Notes: generated by a model not told the origin, from the sequence alone. 63,971 bases of DNA, filler included, from Licmophora abbreviata (GCA_900291995.1; 11 parts of 11 records of this genome joined end to end with filler, not necessarily neighbours in it); one strand, 5' to 3'; positions 48,430 through 61,644 are shown, counted from the whole stretch's first letter. A program made the numbers and translations.

Positions 48430-50101
48430 ATGACCAACATAATGCACCTCTTACGGTTCTCGTTGATGCTACTAGTGCTCTTGATTTCTTCTTGGGCGGA
48501 GGCCCAGGACAACGAAACTGACTTGGTCGAGCTTTACTTTAACGTTCTAGCATCTTACGATGCATATCCTCCGCTTGACGCGGCCGCAGTGTGGAAGAAT
48601 GATACGATCGAACCAATTCAAGTAATCCTCACAAACGTCGTGGTTTCAATTGACTTGATTTCACCCTCGACGTCCGAGTTTGCGGTATCCTCGAGAAAAC
48701 TGCTCTACTGGAACAAAGAAGCCTGTAACCAGACAGAAGCTCATCGGTATGCCTGCGATAATCCAGTTGGCCCCATTCACTTTCTCCTGCCGCTTCGTAG
48801 TGCTCGAGATGGCATAGTCAAGTATCAAATACATCGAGAGGAAGCTCACACGACCGAATTTGAAGAACTGGGCCTAACCGAACTGACTCCTTCTCTTGAC
48901 ATTGTTGAGGATCAGGTCACCTTCAAGCAACAGTTTGATGTGCGGACCTACCCTTACGAGTACCACAACCTGGAAATCACCTACACGTCTCTCTACTCTT
49001 CCAACATTGTGAACCTCCAGTCGCTTCCGATTGAGGCCGGAATCATCAATCCTATCGTCCCGGCTGGGTGGACCCTGCGGGAAGCCTACTGCGTTGTTGG
49101 CACAAACCAAGAAGGCCGTGCAATTACGGAAGTCAGCGAAGGCGCTATCTTCTTTCCGACCTATGTCTGTACTGTCCAGGTATCACGTCTCAATACCGGA
49201 TGGTGGTTGACATCATTCTTGCTCTTTATCGGTCTCAACTTCATGTCGTTCATGGGAGGATTGGGAGTCACAAGCCACATTGTAGCAGAGGCAAAGGATG
49301 ACAAGGACAAAGCTCGAGAAGGAATCTTTAATGGAATGCGAATGAATGGGGTGTTTAGTCTTGGTCTCTTGTTGACTTACGTTTTCCAGGTCGAGATTGC
49401 TCCGTACGGCCAGAGCGTGGAGTTTTGGCCTCAGACCCCCGCCAGTACAATGATTTATGTCTTGGGCCTAGTGGGAATCTTGCTCGCTTCGCTTCTTGCC
49501 ATGATCACAGGATTATCGGCAAAGTCCTACCTTGTTGTGGACGGTTTCTCAGGTAGTATTCGGCGTGCGTACAATTTGAACAAGATACCGAAAGAGGGAG
49601 TGTCCCCGGAAGAAGACTTTCCGCTACTCGATGCGGACTTGGTCTCTCCTCAAGAAGATTCTACTCTTCGCAAGTCAGAAACTGATGTTTTCAAGGCGAA
49701 ACACCCAAGCGGGGACGATGAAAAGATACAGGACGAGTCGGCGATTGGGTCTAAGCCAACCTCTGAAGAGATGGAAGATACAGCCGACGAAGAAATACAC
49801 GCCATGCCAGCCATCAAGGAAGAGAGTTGTGCTGATGCCGCACCGATTGCCCACGCAAGAAAAAACAACTCGAAAACTTATGCCGTGTTGTCTGTCCAGG
49901 AAGCCATGATGATTAACAAAATCGTTCGTCTCGACCTTTGGGCTAGAACGGTAAGCGAACGTCCCGAACCATAGCTCTACTGCCCTGGAATGCTCTAACT
50001 CTGTATTTGGTTCTCAGTTTTTGATGTTCTCGATTGCAGTGGCGGGAACAGCCATTATGATCAAGGCGCAGGTCGACTACCGAGATGCAATCTCGCAGTG
50101 A
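48430..50101 (+). CDS. Pentameric ligand-gated ion channel-like protein, Cys-less Pro-loop (intron 49951-50017)
   Basis: Signal peptide; FDVRTYPYEYHNLEITY Pro-loop; GWTL; pre-M1 VSR; three hydrophobic helices, long acidic loop, then M4-like RLDLWARTFLMFSIAVAGTAIMI. Confidence 0.65.
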
Positions 50102-50483
50102 GCACGGCAATCAAGATGACATCATCGTGTCTTGTATGCAAGCGAGTGCTTCAAGACGGTCATAGATATGAGCTGCGGAAGGGCTGCTGCTGCTGCTGCC
50201 AAACAGCAGCTTTATCGACAAGTCGGATGTTCAATGTATCTTTTGACCACCTTACATCGTGTTGGGGGATAGCCGACCGTTTCAGCTCACTGCTGACAAT
50301 TGTTGGCGGGCCATGTGGGGCAATTGCGTGCTATTTTCAACTATACCAACGCAAGGAGCTCGCATATTGTTGACAACCCCGAANNNNNNNNNNNNNNNNN
50401 NNNNNNNNNNNNNNNNNNNNNNNNNNNTTAATTAATTAANNNNNNNNNNNNNNNNNNNNNNNNNNNNNNNNNNNNNNNNNNNN

Positions 50484-52453
50484 GTGAATCATCATTGGAG
50501 ATTCGCTGCTCCTCAGATCAAGACAAGGAACAGGACACCAACAGTGACCGCGAGAGTAGTACTATCAGCAGTCATTCAAGCGACGGAAACGACGATGGCA
50601 CAAGCGCACTCTACGATGGGGGTACTTGCGAATGTGCGCCGCTCAGTCCTAAAAGTAAGAATGAAAATCGCAACGAAAATCCTGATCGTGCTACATCATC
50701 ATCGGTGATGGGCGAGGACCCAATTTCTCTTGATACGACCGACATGCTTCCAGCCTTGCCGTCCGTGAACCCAAAAAACTCTGAACAGAGCGACGAACGA
50801 ATAGGCTTCGCCGAGGAGGAGGAGTCCGACGAGGATGCTTCAAGTCAAGGAGAGAATGGAGAATGCAATGACTCCGTATCACTCATCGAGATGACACCGT
50901 GCGAAGAGGACCGAGCGAAGGTTGGGGACAGCAAAGTTCGCCTCGTAGCACCGATGCCAACACGAACTGCAGAAAGTGGGCCCGTTGATAGTGAATCCAA
51001 GAATAGGCCAAACCGAGCTTCCTTGACGCAGAGTGCAGCCAGTGCCATGGCAGATATTCGGAACAAGATTGCAAAACAGAGGAAACGCAATAGAACCGGC
51101 ACAGAGATAGAACGAGAAGAGAGCACACGAGATGAGGAAGTCGTCGGCTTCGTCGGGAATGCTGGTACCGCTCATCACCACGAGGACAAAGCAGAGCAGG
51201 AAAGAGCGCTCGACAAGAGCAAGACTAGCAGAGAGGCCTTCGATGAGGTTGGCTACGACAGTACAGGTAGCGACGCGCCCGACGCAGGGACGGGCGAATC
51301 TATGGCTGAACCAGGAAAGGAAACTTCCAGTCCTCGCAGAGCTTTAGCAGACTTTCGAAGTATGCTTTCTTCCGCTGTAAAGTCCAATACAAAAAGCGAC
51401 TCAGACAAGAGCGATAGAATATTGCAAGAGGCGACAGGCATCACGAGCCCGAAGAAAGACGATACTACCATTGTCCAGAGCGACGATTCAGAGAACGAGG
51501 ATTCCACAGAAGAACCACGTCTTTCTGATTCAATACTACCTGACCTACCTCACGACGTCAACAGTCATGACTATGACCTCGCTCACCAGTTCCGCGAGCA
51601 TTCTTACAAGACCCCTACTCATTGCGATCTATGTAGGGGTCTACTCGTCGGGCTGTGGTCCCAAGGCCTTCAATGCGCGATATGTAAGATGAATGTTCAT
51701 CGCGGCGAGGGCATTGGCGAGCATGACGATTGTCTTGCAGAGGCGCTGCTTGCGCCATGCCGTGGAGCTCCCTCGAAATCGAACGAGACTGACGCGCCAG
51801 TCAAATTGCGAGATACCATATCCCAATTGCAAGAGATGGCAAAGAGTCAACCAAACTTCCTGCAAGAAGTTCGAGCACAGATTGACCGGGACCTGGAGGC
51901 ACACGCGAGAAAAGTCGTTGTTAGTAAGAGCGTGGAAGGAGAAAGGTCAAAGAAACTTCGAAGATTCCGCGCGGCTTTCGTTCCAATGGTGGAATGTATT
52001 GACGCTGTCGAAGCACTCGGAAACCCGATTTCACTACTTGTCCTCCTCTTCTGTCATTTTGTTCTTGCTTTGTTTGTCGCGGCAATCAGCTTTGTTGGAT
52101 TCACCATTGCACTTGCGCCGACACACGGTTTCCTCGGGAGATCTACATTGGGCCTGGCTCTCATTCATGATTTTACAGTCATCAATGCACTTCATGCTAT
52201 CCTGCTCATTCTTGCTCTCCTGCTGCGCCGAGCATCATACGCTTTCAAAAGAAAAGCATTGCTGTTCGACCAGTTCCTCCGGGACGTCATGGCGATTGAT
52301 GCAAAAGAAGACCTCGGACTTTCTGTCGCTGGTGCAGCAATGCGTGCACGATCCTGGAGCGATCGTCTGACTGTTTCATCCTCCATCATGTGCGTAGTTT
52401 CTGCGATTCTCTGGCAGTACAGCCAACAGCCCATGGCTGCGACGATCCCGTGA
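50484..52453 (+). CDS. C1 (DAG/phorbol-binding-type) domain membrane protein (5' end uncertain at spacer)
   Basis: [39 protein letters not shown]...C; acidic disordered N-terminus; about three C-terminal hydrophobic segments. Confidence 0.8.
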
Positions 52454-52648
52454 AAGCGATGCGATACCCAATGTTAGAAAAGGCATATGCAGAACCATGA
52501 CAAGATAAATTGATACAGGTGTGCCTAAGGCACTGACTTTAGTCTTTCATACTTTAGCGTGTGGACCCAAGAGTAAGACTTCCTATCATAGCAAGTCCCA
52601 TTGTGAGCTCCGGTGATTTTTGCGTTGACGGAGCGCGACACCCGACAC

Positions 52649-54109
52649 ATGATGGCGACTGCATCACATAGACGTTGCCGAGGGACGACGACGTCGACCA
52701 TGATTGTCAAGCGACGTACCTTCTGTTCTTCAACTGCCTTAGTGGCTCTCGCTTCCTTGACCACACAAGCTTCTCGAGGATTTAAACTGAAAGGAAGCAA
52801 ATCTCCCAGAATCCGCAGATCTCACAGGACCAATCTGGGCGCCATCACCTCTCCTACCGGCGACCCGAGCATGTCTACGACTTTGTCAGCTTCATCACTA
52901 CCGCTTCTTTCGGATCGATGTTTGGATACATTGGACCCCTGTGTGGTCTTGATGAAGAATATGATTTCGGAATACCAGCACTTATGGCAGGGAGACGAGA
53001 TTTACAGCTTGGCCCAGGGTGTGGTGTGGTGGGAGCCGCCCGACACGGTGTATCGACGCATCGAAGCGGCACTGAAAGATACGTCATCCGTGTATCAGCT
53101 TCACATGTACTGCGAAGATGAAGGTCTGTTGGAACTTAGAGCAGCGCTGCAGCACAAGCTAGCTGCCCAAAACTTTCTCACGAACCAGAATGTTGTCGTC
53201 ACGGCGGGTGCTAACCAGGCCTTTGTGAATTGTGCCATGGCGTTTCTTTCGAAAGACAGCAAGTGTGTCGTCTTTCGACCATACTACTTTAACCATGTTA
53301 TGGCTATACAACTTTTGCAGGGCAATGAGGGAGTGGTGGTGGGAGACTGTGATCAGCACGGGATACCGGACACGGGGTGGTTGGAAGAGAGGCTCGAGCA
53401 AGATGCATCGATTCGCATGGTGACGCTTGTGAATCCAGGAAACCCGACCGGGGTCAGTTTGAAACGAGAAAAGATACAGGAGATTGTTGATCTTTGTGCC
53501 AAGCACAATGTGTGGCTGGTTCTGGATTGCACGTACGAACACTTCGATCACACGTCGACAGACCCTTCGTCCTTTGCCGGATTTGAGCACGACCACGTGG
53601 TACACATTTTCAGTTTCAGTAAGGGTCATGCCATGGCCGGCTTTCGATGTGGTTACATTGCACTATCTAACAGCACCGAGCATGGACTGAATGCATACCA
53701 GCAAATACTCAAAGTCCAAGATACGATTCCCATCTGTCCTTCGCGCATATCTCAGATAGCCGCGCTGGGTGCGCTGGAAGCAGGACGATCGTGGGTCGTC
53801 GACAAGGTGGCAACACTCAATCCCGGCCGAGCTGCGATCTTGAAGGCCATGGAACCACTGAATACCATCATGGGTGGTACAGGCGCTATGTATGTGATGG
53901 GGAAGCTCCCGGATGGCATGGACAATGACCAAGACGTGGCTCGGATATTGGTACGAGATTTTGGAGTGGGGGTGATACCAGGAAGTTTCTGTGGGTTTCC
54001 CGGGTGGATACGGGTCTGTTACTCCAATCTTCCAATCGGGAAGTGCGAGATAGCGGCCAGTCGACTGGAAGAAGGGCTCAAGAAGATATGCACCGAAGCA
54101 GCATTGTAG
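52649..54109 (+). CDS. Class I/II PLP aminotransferase, ISS1/VAS1-like aromatic aminotransferase
   Basis: SLAQGVVWWEPP, TAGANQAF, PYYFNH, VNPGNPTG, DCTY, SFSKGHAMAGFRCG, WIRVCY. Confidence 0.9.
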   Translation: MMATASHRRCRGTTTSTMIVKRRTFCSSTALVALASLTTQASRGFKLKGSKSPRIRRSHRTNLGAITSPTGDPSMSTTLSASSLPLLSDRCLDTLDPCVVLMKNMISEYQHLWQGDEIYSLAQGVVWWEPPDTVYRRIEAALKDTSSVYQLHMYCEDEGLLELRAALQHKLAAQNFLTNQNVVVTAGANQAFVNCAMAFLSKDSKCVVFRPYYFNHVMAIQLLQGNEGVVVGDCDQHGIPDTGWLEERLEQDASIRMVTLVNPGNPTGVSLKREKIQEIVDLCAKHNVWLVLDCTYEHFDHTSTDPSSFAGFEHDHVVHIFSFSKGHAMAGFRCGYIALSNSTEHGLNAYQQILKVQDTIPICPSRISQIAALGALEAGRSWVVDKVATLNPGRAAILKAMEPLNTIMGGTGAMYVMGKLPDGMDNDQDVARILVRDFGVGVIPGSFCGFPGWIRVCYSNLPIGKCEIAASRLEEGLKKICTEAAL

Positions 54110-54574
54110 TTGCTACATGGATTCCACTCTCAACTTGTACGCAAGGTTTCAGGTGTCAGGTGGAGAAAAAACTGTGGTGAACTGTAAGACCCTTTTGCTC
54201 TTCAGCAGACTTTCAATGTCCTACCGATACTAGAAAGCTATGGCTGCGACATTTACATCAGCCAGTGCAGTGCTCTGACTGTTGATAACCCATTATGGTC
54301 CTGCAACTGTGTTCGTATCGTTAGTCTTCCGTTTGTCTTTCGAGTCGAAGTAGTCAGGTAATTTTTTGCGCGACCGTCTGGCCGACACCCGAACTCGGAG
54401 GCCGAAATCGACGAGATGAGTTGGGGTTGACGACGACGACGCCATTGTTGTTCTTCCGTTGCCAGTTTGTACGACCTAAGCTTCCAGCTACTCAAGAAAG
54501 TTGTCAGTATTGTGAAGCTGGAGTAGATATCGGTAGTGGGAAAGCCCCTGGGAACCTATTCAATTGACTGCACG

Positions 54575-57500
54575 ATGAAAAGGTAATTCGAGACCTGGGT
54601 CGATCAAGAACTTGCATCGGAACTGACTGTTCTCTTTAGTATCTAAGCATTTTTTCTTTCTCTCTCAGCACACTTTCTACGAGGACAATACTGAGTCTAG
54701 CTCTCACACTGTACATTGTGGCCTTGTTGACTGCCTCCCCCGCTGTTGCTGCATTTGGCACTGTCGCCTGCCGACGGCTTGTTCTGGCTGTTGTCCCCCC
54801 ACCCACACACAAGGGCAGAGGGGAGCCCCCGGCATGGCGAAGAACCGCCTTTTTGACTCGATCTGGTAGTAGCAGCGAGGGTCTCAAGGCAACAGTGATC
54901 ACCAGTGATACTTCAGTCACCAAGGAGGACCTGGAACAAACACTTTCTGTCACGCATCCTTCCTACGACGTCGTATCGCGGGACCTTGTACATGAGTATG
55001 GCGCCTACTGCACGCTGTTTCGTCACAAAAAGAGCGGCACCGAGCTATTTTCCGTTTCAACTGACGATGATAACAAGGCCTTTGCCATTACCTTTCGCAC
55101 TCCACCCCACGACTCGACAGGCGTACCGCACATTCTCGAACACTCGGTGCTCTGTGGCAGTCGCAAGTACACGACCAAAGCACCATTTGTACAGTTGCTC
55201 AAAGGCAGCCTCAAGACGTTCCTCAATGCCATAACCTTCCCGGATCGTACGTCCTACGTGATTGCGAGTCAAAACACAAAGGACTTTTACAATTTGCTGA
55301 ATGTCTATACAGACGCGGTCTTTCATCCCCGTGCGGTGAAGGATCCCATNNNNNNNNNNNNNNNNNNNNNNNNNNNNNNNNNNNNNNNNNNNNTTAATTA
55401 ATTAANNNNNNNNNNNNNNNNNNNNNNNNNNNNNNNNNNNNNNNNNNNNTCAACCACTTGCTCATGGGCACACCCTCATCGGTATTGCGTAAGAAACTCA
55501 TGGCAAGTGGACTGGGAGATGCCATTACGGGAGGGGGGTTGTCGGCAGAGTTGTTACAATCTACATTTTCGGTGGGATTAAAGGGAATTGAGCCTAGCAA
55601 AGTGGGTCAAGTTGAATCGTTGATCTTGGAAACTCTCCAGGAGCTGGTCGACATTGGCTTTGACGGGGACGCGATTGCATCGTCCATGAACACCGTTGAG
55701 TTTCAGGTGAGTTCCATCACAAAATAAAAAAAAAGTCACTGAGGGAAGCATACAACTGTGTTTTCACACCCTTTTGACTGCTGCTTTCTCTCATTCTCAG
55801 CTTCGTGAGTTCAATAGAGGTCCATTCTTTCCCAGGGGTCTTTGGTTCATGCTGGGCGTAATGTCCAAGTGGATTTACGATGAACCGCCTTCGAGTGGAC
55901 TGACATTTGAACATCCTCTCGCCGAGCTGAAGCGACAGATTGCAGAAAGTGGATGTCAGGTGTTTCAAGACGTAATTCAAAAACGTCTTCTCGAGAACAA
56001 ACATCGTACGACCATTGAAATGGTCCCGTCGAAGACTCTCGAGGCGGAACATTTGAAGGTAAACAGTATTCTTGTGTCGCCACCATTGTCTGTACTGATC
56101 ATGTTCGCAGCGGTACGTCGGACTCATTCTCTCACTTCGTGTCCACTTTCAATCGTGCACAGGAGGAAGAAGACCGTCTCGCTGCGATAAAAGAGTCCCT
56201 CAGTGGTGATCAGCTGCAAGAAATTATTGCCAAGACGCAGGCACTAAAGGTAGAACAGGCCACAGAGGACTCCAGCGAGGCCAGATCGACGATCCCGACT
56301 CTTGAATTGTCAGATCTGAAACGAGAGGCTACGGAATATCCCATTTTTGTCACAAAGAACGAGAAAGAATCGGGCGTGACGGTAATTCGCCATGAGCTTG
56401 GATCCACATCTGGAATTGCGTATGTCAATTTCGGCGTGGATATTAGCGGTCTGTCGTTGGACGACCTGCCACTACTTCCTTTGTTTGCACGCATTCTAAC
56501 AGAAAATGGGGCTGGTGACTATGACGATGTTGCTCTTTCCCGGCGGATTGGAACTCACACAGGCGGTATAAATGCCCAGATCATTACCATGTCGGTCAAG
56601 CCAGAGGGCGCAGACGAGAGCCATGTCGTCGATGGGAACTACATGATCACGAAACTTATTCTTACTGGAAAGGCCACCAGCAGCAACACGGGAGAGCTCT
56701 TCGATATTTTCAACCTTATTTTGACGGATGCGAGACTGGACTCGCAAAGCAGGGTCATTGAAATGCTCAAAGAAACCCGATCAAGACTCGAATCGAGTAT
56801 CGTTCAAAGAGGAAACGCTTTCGTGAATACGCGCATGCTTGCTCGACACACCCCTGCCGGATATGTAGAAGAAACGATGGGTGGCATATCGTCTCTCGAG
56901 TCCCTCAAGGATCTGCTACAACAAGCCGAAGAGGACTGGCCAAGTGTCCTGGGTCGACTGAAAGCCATGCGAGAGACAATTCTAGACTGGAATACGTGTC
57001 GAGATGGCATGCTTGTCGACATAACGGGTGACTCAAGTGTGCTCTCCCAAGTCCAGCCGAGCGTGGAGGCGTTTCTCAATGAGCTTCCAGGCGAGGCCAA
57101 TGCTGCCACGTTGCCCAACTTCTACAAAACCCAGCACCCGTGGGTGGTGCAGGCACGAGCAAAGATGTATCCACTCGTGGATGAAGGCTTCGTCGTGCCT
57201 ACCAAAGTAAGCTATGTTGGAAAGGGAGGTTTGCTCTTTGAGCCGGGTGAACGGGTTACAGGCCCGAACTTTGTCGTATCTCGTTTCCTGCGAACAGGAT
57301 ATCTGTGGACCAATGTTCGTGTTCTCGGTGGAGCGTACGGTGGCGCTTGTGCGTTTTCTCGTCTGACTGGATTCTTTTCCTGTTCGAGTTATCGCGATCC
57401 CAATCTTAGCAAGACTCTTGACGTCTACGATGGCGCAGCGGATGCTCTCTTGAAAGCCGCCGAAGAACTGGAAAAAGACCCCGATCTCTTGGTGACTGCC

Positions 57501-57770
57501 ATTATTGGTGCAATAGGAGAAGTGGACAAGCCTCTGAACGCAGACAAGAAAGGCTTTGTAGCCATGCGGCGCTGGCTAGCAGGCGAATCCCCCGAGTACC
57601 GACAGAAGTTCCGAGATGAAATTCTCGATACAAAGCCGTCGGACTTTCGAGCTTTTGCGAAACGTCTGAAGGACTTGAAACGAGCGTCCTCAGCGGTTAT
57701 AGGATCAAGCGTGGCGTTTGACAAAGCACTGGAAGAGGGAAAGGCTTTTGAATTAAGTACAGCAGTATAG
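54575..57770 (+). CDS. PREP: Presequence protease (peptidase M16C), plastid-targeted, interrupted by spacer (introns 54583-54668, 55708-55800, 56059-56163)
   Basis: MKS...SPAVAA|FG signal; FRTPPHDSTGVPHILEHSVLCGSRKY, TFLNAITFPDRT, VRVLGGAYGG, SYRDPNL. Confidence 0.93.
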
Positions 57771-58094
57771 AGGCACTGTGAATAGGGACAGTCAGTTCCG
57801 TGTAGTCCAGTAGAGAGCAAGAGGAACGAAACTGCGTTCAAAGTGGTTCGAGCAGAGCATCTTGCTGCCGACGATGGCCAGACTCCTCTACATTTCTCAA
57901 CGCGCGCAGCTCAGTACAAAAGTTTGGTAGAAATGACGTATGTAGAGCTCAGTACATATGTTAGAACCGATATCTATCCTTGCAAGGCTTTCCCCCCACA
58001 ATGGTGAGACGGTGCGTTTGGTACCGCTCCCCCTGCCGTACCTTCCACTCTCGTTGCTTGCTCCGACCTTACTGTAGCAGTCGCAAAATCCAAT

Positions 58095-59259
58095 ATGGCA
58101 GCAAGGTGGACGCCGGGACTCCCAAGCGTCGCATCCTCGCAAGCGTCCATCACGAGCACGAACGCCTCTTCCACGTCGGCGCAGATCAAGACCACAGGCC
58201 ATGCGGCAGTCGCCTTGCCGTCCTCCTCGCTCGATCAAGCCAAACTCAAGCAGTCCAATAGCATGACAGCACGAGCGCGCCGTCGTCGCGAAGAGGCTGT
58301 GAGAAGGCTGGTCGCAGACGTCCATCGACGTCCGGAAATGAGTGCTCTGGGGATGGCGGCGCCCAGCACTAGCAACACTGGCATGGACCCCACGGCGCTG
58401 TCGCAGGAGCAGCACGACTGGTTAGTGGCGAGTACAGTGGCTACAGCGCTCGAACGAGGCTTGGATCGGGATTTGCATGCCGAGCTTGTTCAAGAAATGA
58501 AGGATAATTCCTCTCGCATTGGTCAAGTCTGTCATGAACACTCGGATGCATTCTTGGATAGCGTCCATTCCGTCGTCATGCTCGTCAGTGGACAAGCCAG
58601 TGAGCTACAGAACAGTGTCAGTGTCGCCAACGACGAGCTTCAGTCGAAAGAAACTGCAGGGCGTATGTTGGAAGCGGCCAGCTGGTGGCATCACGGCAAG
58701 AGCAGCGCCGAACGGGCGCAAGCCATGACACACCTTGTCAAGTCGTGCCAGGACGTGGCCACGTTGCTGGAACGCGCGCGCAAACAAGCTGCACTGGGAC
58801 GACCGCGGGCAGCCCTCGACGCGGTGGACGAGGCACGGCAGTGTCTAATGGCACCGGCTGTACGAGGTGGGAACAGTCGATTGCTGCTACAGAACCACCG
58901 TGCTGGAACGGCCACTTTGGCCGAAGGAACTCAGGATGCCAGTACACCAGGCGACACTGCAGCTCCCACGCTCGCCAAGCCGTCGTCGGCACCTGTCGTT
59001 TTGCGTCTACAAGAAACCCCCTTTGGTGCGCGCGCCATGGACATGCTACCCAAAATTGAGAATGAAGTATTGATTGGCGCACGACGCGGCTTGAACCGCT
59101 GGTTCCTGACACTCCGCAGCGGAGGCGACGGCTCCAAGGCCGGCCGTGCCGTCCTGCGCAAGTGTGCTCACAGTATGGCCGTCGGCGGGCCGGGGCAGTT
59201 GGGACTGGGCGGACACGTGCCGCCTTCGTATATGTGGAGGGCCAAGTCGGCGGACAATT
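58095..59259 (+). CDS. SEC15: Exocyst component Sec15/EXOC6-like, N-terminal part (3' end lost in spacer)
   Basis: RIGQVCHEHSDAFLDSVHSVV and MLPKIENEV...LNRWFLTLR resemble the Sec15 N-terminal coiled-coil region. Confidence 0.65.
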
Positions 59260-59359
59260 NNNNNNNNNNNNNNNNNNNNNNNNNNNNNNNNNNNNNNNNN
59301 NNNTTAATTAATTAANNNNNNNNNNNNNNNNNNNNNNNNNNNNNNNNNNNNNNNNNNNN

Positions 59360-59937
59360 GTACTACTACTTCTCGCTTGTTGGAAGAGCTGCGGACTGAA
59401 TTTGGATCACAAGTACTACAGACTTCTTCCGACGAGACTGGAACAAAAAGCGTCAATCGACCTGCACTCGGAAAGATTGTCTTTGGAAATGCCGACAAGA
59501 TGAAAGCTCTCGAACGCATCGTATGGCCTCACGTCGAACGAAAGCTACTGGAGGAAATTCAACAAATCCAACAATCTACTACTACTACTACTAGTGGCGG
59601 TGGTGTGATTGTAGTGGAAGCTGCAGTCTTGTTGGATGCTGGTTGGTATGACTTTATGGATGGAGTATGGGTGGTACGTGCGGATGCGTCCGTGGCACTG
59701 GACCGGTTGGTGTCGCAGCGTGGACTGTCCAGGGAGGAGGCGGAACAACGTATCAAAGCGCAAGAATCGAGACGAGGTATTCAAATAGAGTCCTTGGAAC
59801 AAGAGGATGCTGTCACACGAGTCATTGATAACAGTAGTTCGTCGCTCGATGATTTGAGGGAGAGTCTACGACAGGCCTTGCGAGATTCCACGGCGTGGAA
59901 GAGTGGGGTGGAGATACCGACCGTACGAGTAGACTAG
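59360..59937 (+). CDS. Dephospho-CoA kinase domain, C-terminal fragment (possibly part of a bifunctional CoA synthase)
   Basis: VNRPALGKIVFGNADKMKALERIVWP, VVEAAVLLDAGW, RLVSQRGLSREEAEQRIKAQ, VIDN. Confidence 0.9.
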
Positions 59938-60052
59938 GATGATGATGATTGCATGAATGGATTGAATCGCTCCAATCAGCCAGTTACTCATCAATCCTGC
60001 TATAATGGTAAGGCTGGTAATTCTCTCTACTAGTCTCTCATCATCATCAACA

Positions 60053-61291
60053 TCATACAAACCCCATATCCTCCATGTCTTCTCGTATCCTAGTCTCTGG
60101 ATCATAGGCTTCGTCGTCGTCCATTTCGTCCTCCTCTTCCTCCACCAACGCCGCTGCGGCCAATTCTTCCAATTCCTCCAAGTCTGGAAGTGGATATCGC
60201 AATATCGCCGCCACGCCAGACACTTGTTCCAATTGCTGTCCACTGACATGCATAGTCGACAGTACAAACACCTCTCCTCCATGTTCCCGCACCGACTCGA
60301 CTAGATCCACATATAGGCGCCGCGTCTTGACTTGCGCATTTCGAAACAACGAATCGGTAACCAACAGCTTCGAAATGGCCAACTGATCGTCTGCCGACTT
60401 GACATGAGTGTAGCCATAATAGGCTCGATCTGGATCAGTATCCATCATTCTCATGAATGCACCTAGTACCTGCACTTCTTGTGCAAACTTGGTATCGGTC
60501 AACTGACTCATAATGTGTGGATCACCCAATACTTCCTCCAGTGCATGCTTGTGTCCTGACGAACTCTTGGTCAAGACGAATTTACTCTTGTTTACAGTCA
60601 GTATACGGTCATCTCGTTTGATAGCCTGCTGTTGGAGGTACCGAAAGAAATCGTCCTTGACGAATCCCGGCGATGCCACCAGGCAGCACTTGACAGTGTC
60701 AAAATCAATGTGTCGCAGTATACTCTGGTAGACGGCCTCGTAAAACTTCACAATGGCCTTGGAGTGCTGCGAACTGCCAGTTCGCTTCTTGGGAATGGTC
60801 ACTTCAATCCGCTGTTTGGTAATGGTCAGTGAGCCGGTAATGACACAGACATGGGCAAGTCCCGGCTGCAGGGTGATGGCCGCGACTTCCGCCTGTCGCT
60901 CGGGGTGCAGCGATTCGTCCAGTATATCCAAATAGACTTGATCCCAGCATGGCTTTTCGAGCGTCAGATTCTGATGCAGTTCCAGAGAGAGCGTATGATG
61001 CGACCCGAGACGGACAAAGTCACTTTCACTCGTCGTGACTCCGCTCATGCGCAGTGTCGGCGGATCAAAGTCGACCTTCTTAATGAGAATCGTCAAGTTG
61101 AGTCGCTTCTTGCTGGAACTCGTCGAGCCAGTACTCGACTCCTTCACTACCTTACGGAGCGTGGTACACCGCACCCTGTCGCCAACGCAGAGCAGATTGT
61201 ACACGTGCCAAATATCTTCGTTCGTTTCGGGGCGAACTACGACGCTGCCGCTGCCGTCCTTGGCGGAAATGAAGCGTTTGAGTAATTTCAT
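60053..61291 (-). CDS. PELO: Pelota/Dom34 ribosome rescue factor
   Basis: PETNEDIWHVYNL, RKV, GSHHTLSLE, ASPGFVK, RAYYG, LLVTDSLFR, HVSGQQLEQVSGVAAILRYP. Confidence 0.97.
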   Translation of the reverse strand: MKLLKRFISAKDGSGSVVVRPETNEDIWHVYNLLCVGDRVRCTTLRKVVKESSTGSTSSSKKRLNLTILIKKVDFDPPTLRMSGVTTSESDFVRLGSHHTLSLELHQNLTLEKPCWDQVYLDILDESLHPERQAEVAAITLQPGLAHVCVITGSLTITKQRIEVTIPKKRTGSSQHSKAIVKFYEAVYQSILRHIDFDTVKCCLVASPGFVKDDFFRYLQQQAIKRDDRILTVNKSKFVLTKSSSGHKHALEEVLGDPHIMSQLTDTKFAQEVQVLGAFMRMMDTDPDRAYYGYTHVKSADDQLAISKLLVTDSLFRNAQVKTRRLYVDLVESVREHGGEVFVLSTMHVSGQQLEQVSGVAAILRYPLPDLEELEELAAAALVEEEEDEMDDDEAYDPETRIREDMEDMGFV

Positions 61292-61644
61292 GAGTACGGT
61301 AGGTTTTTCATCGTGTTTTAGTACTATACTATATTACATGTCTCTTGCACCATCCAGTTCGTCGGCGTCATCCATCAAGACAGCATCATCCTTTAAGTTG
61401 AAAGTTGATGCGATTTCAGAGCGGACGAGGCACAGACATCGTGACTCGACTCACTCTCACGTGACTGACATCAGTCACGAGTCGCATATTCGTTGAGCCG
61501 CCATGCCTGGCCGGCGCGGATGCAATACCACTTGAATCAATCAANNNNNNNNNNNNNNNNNNNNNNNNNNNNNNNNNNNNNNNNNNNNTTAATTAATTAA
61601 NNNNNNNNNNNNNNNNNNNNNNNNNNNNNNNNNNNNNNNNNNNN

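Noticed and set aside
61460..61479. Inverted repeat CGTGACTGA-ca-TCAGTCACG upstream of pelota
   Set aside because: Single short occurrence; could be a bZIP-like promoter site but cannot be supported further.
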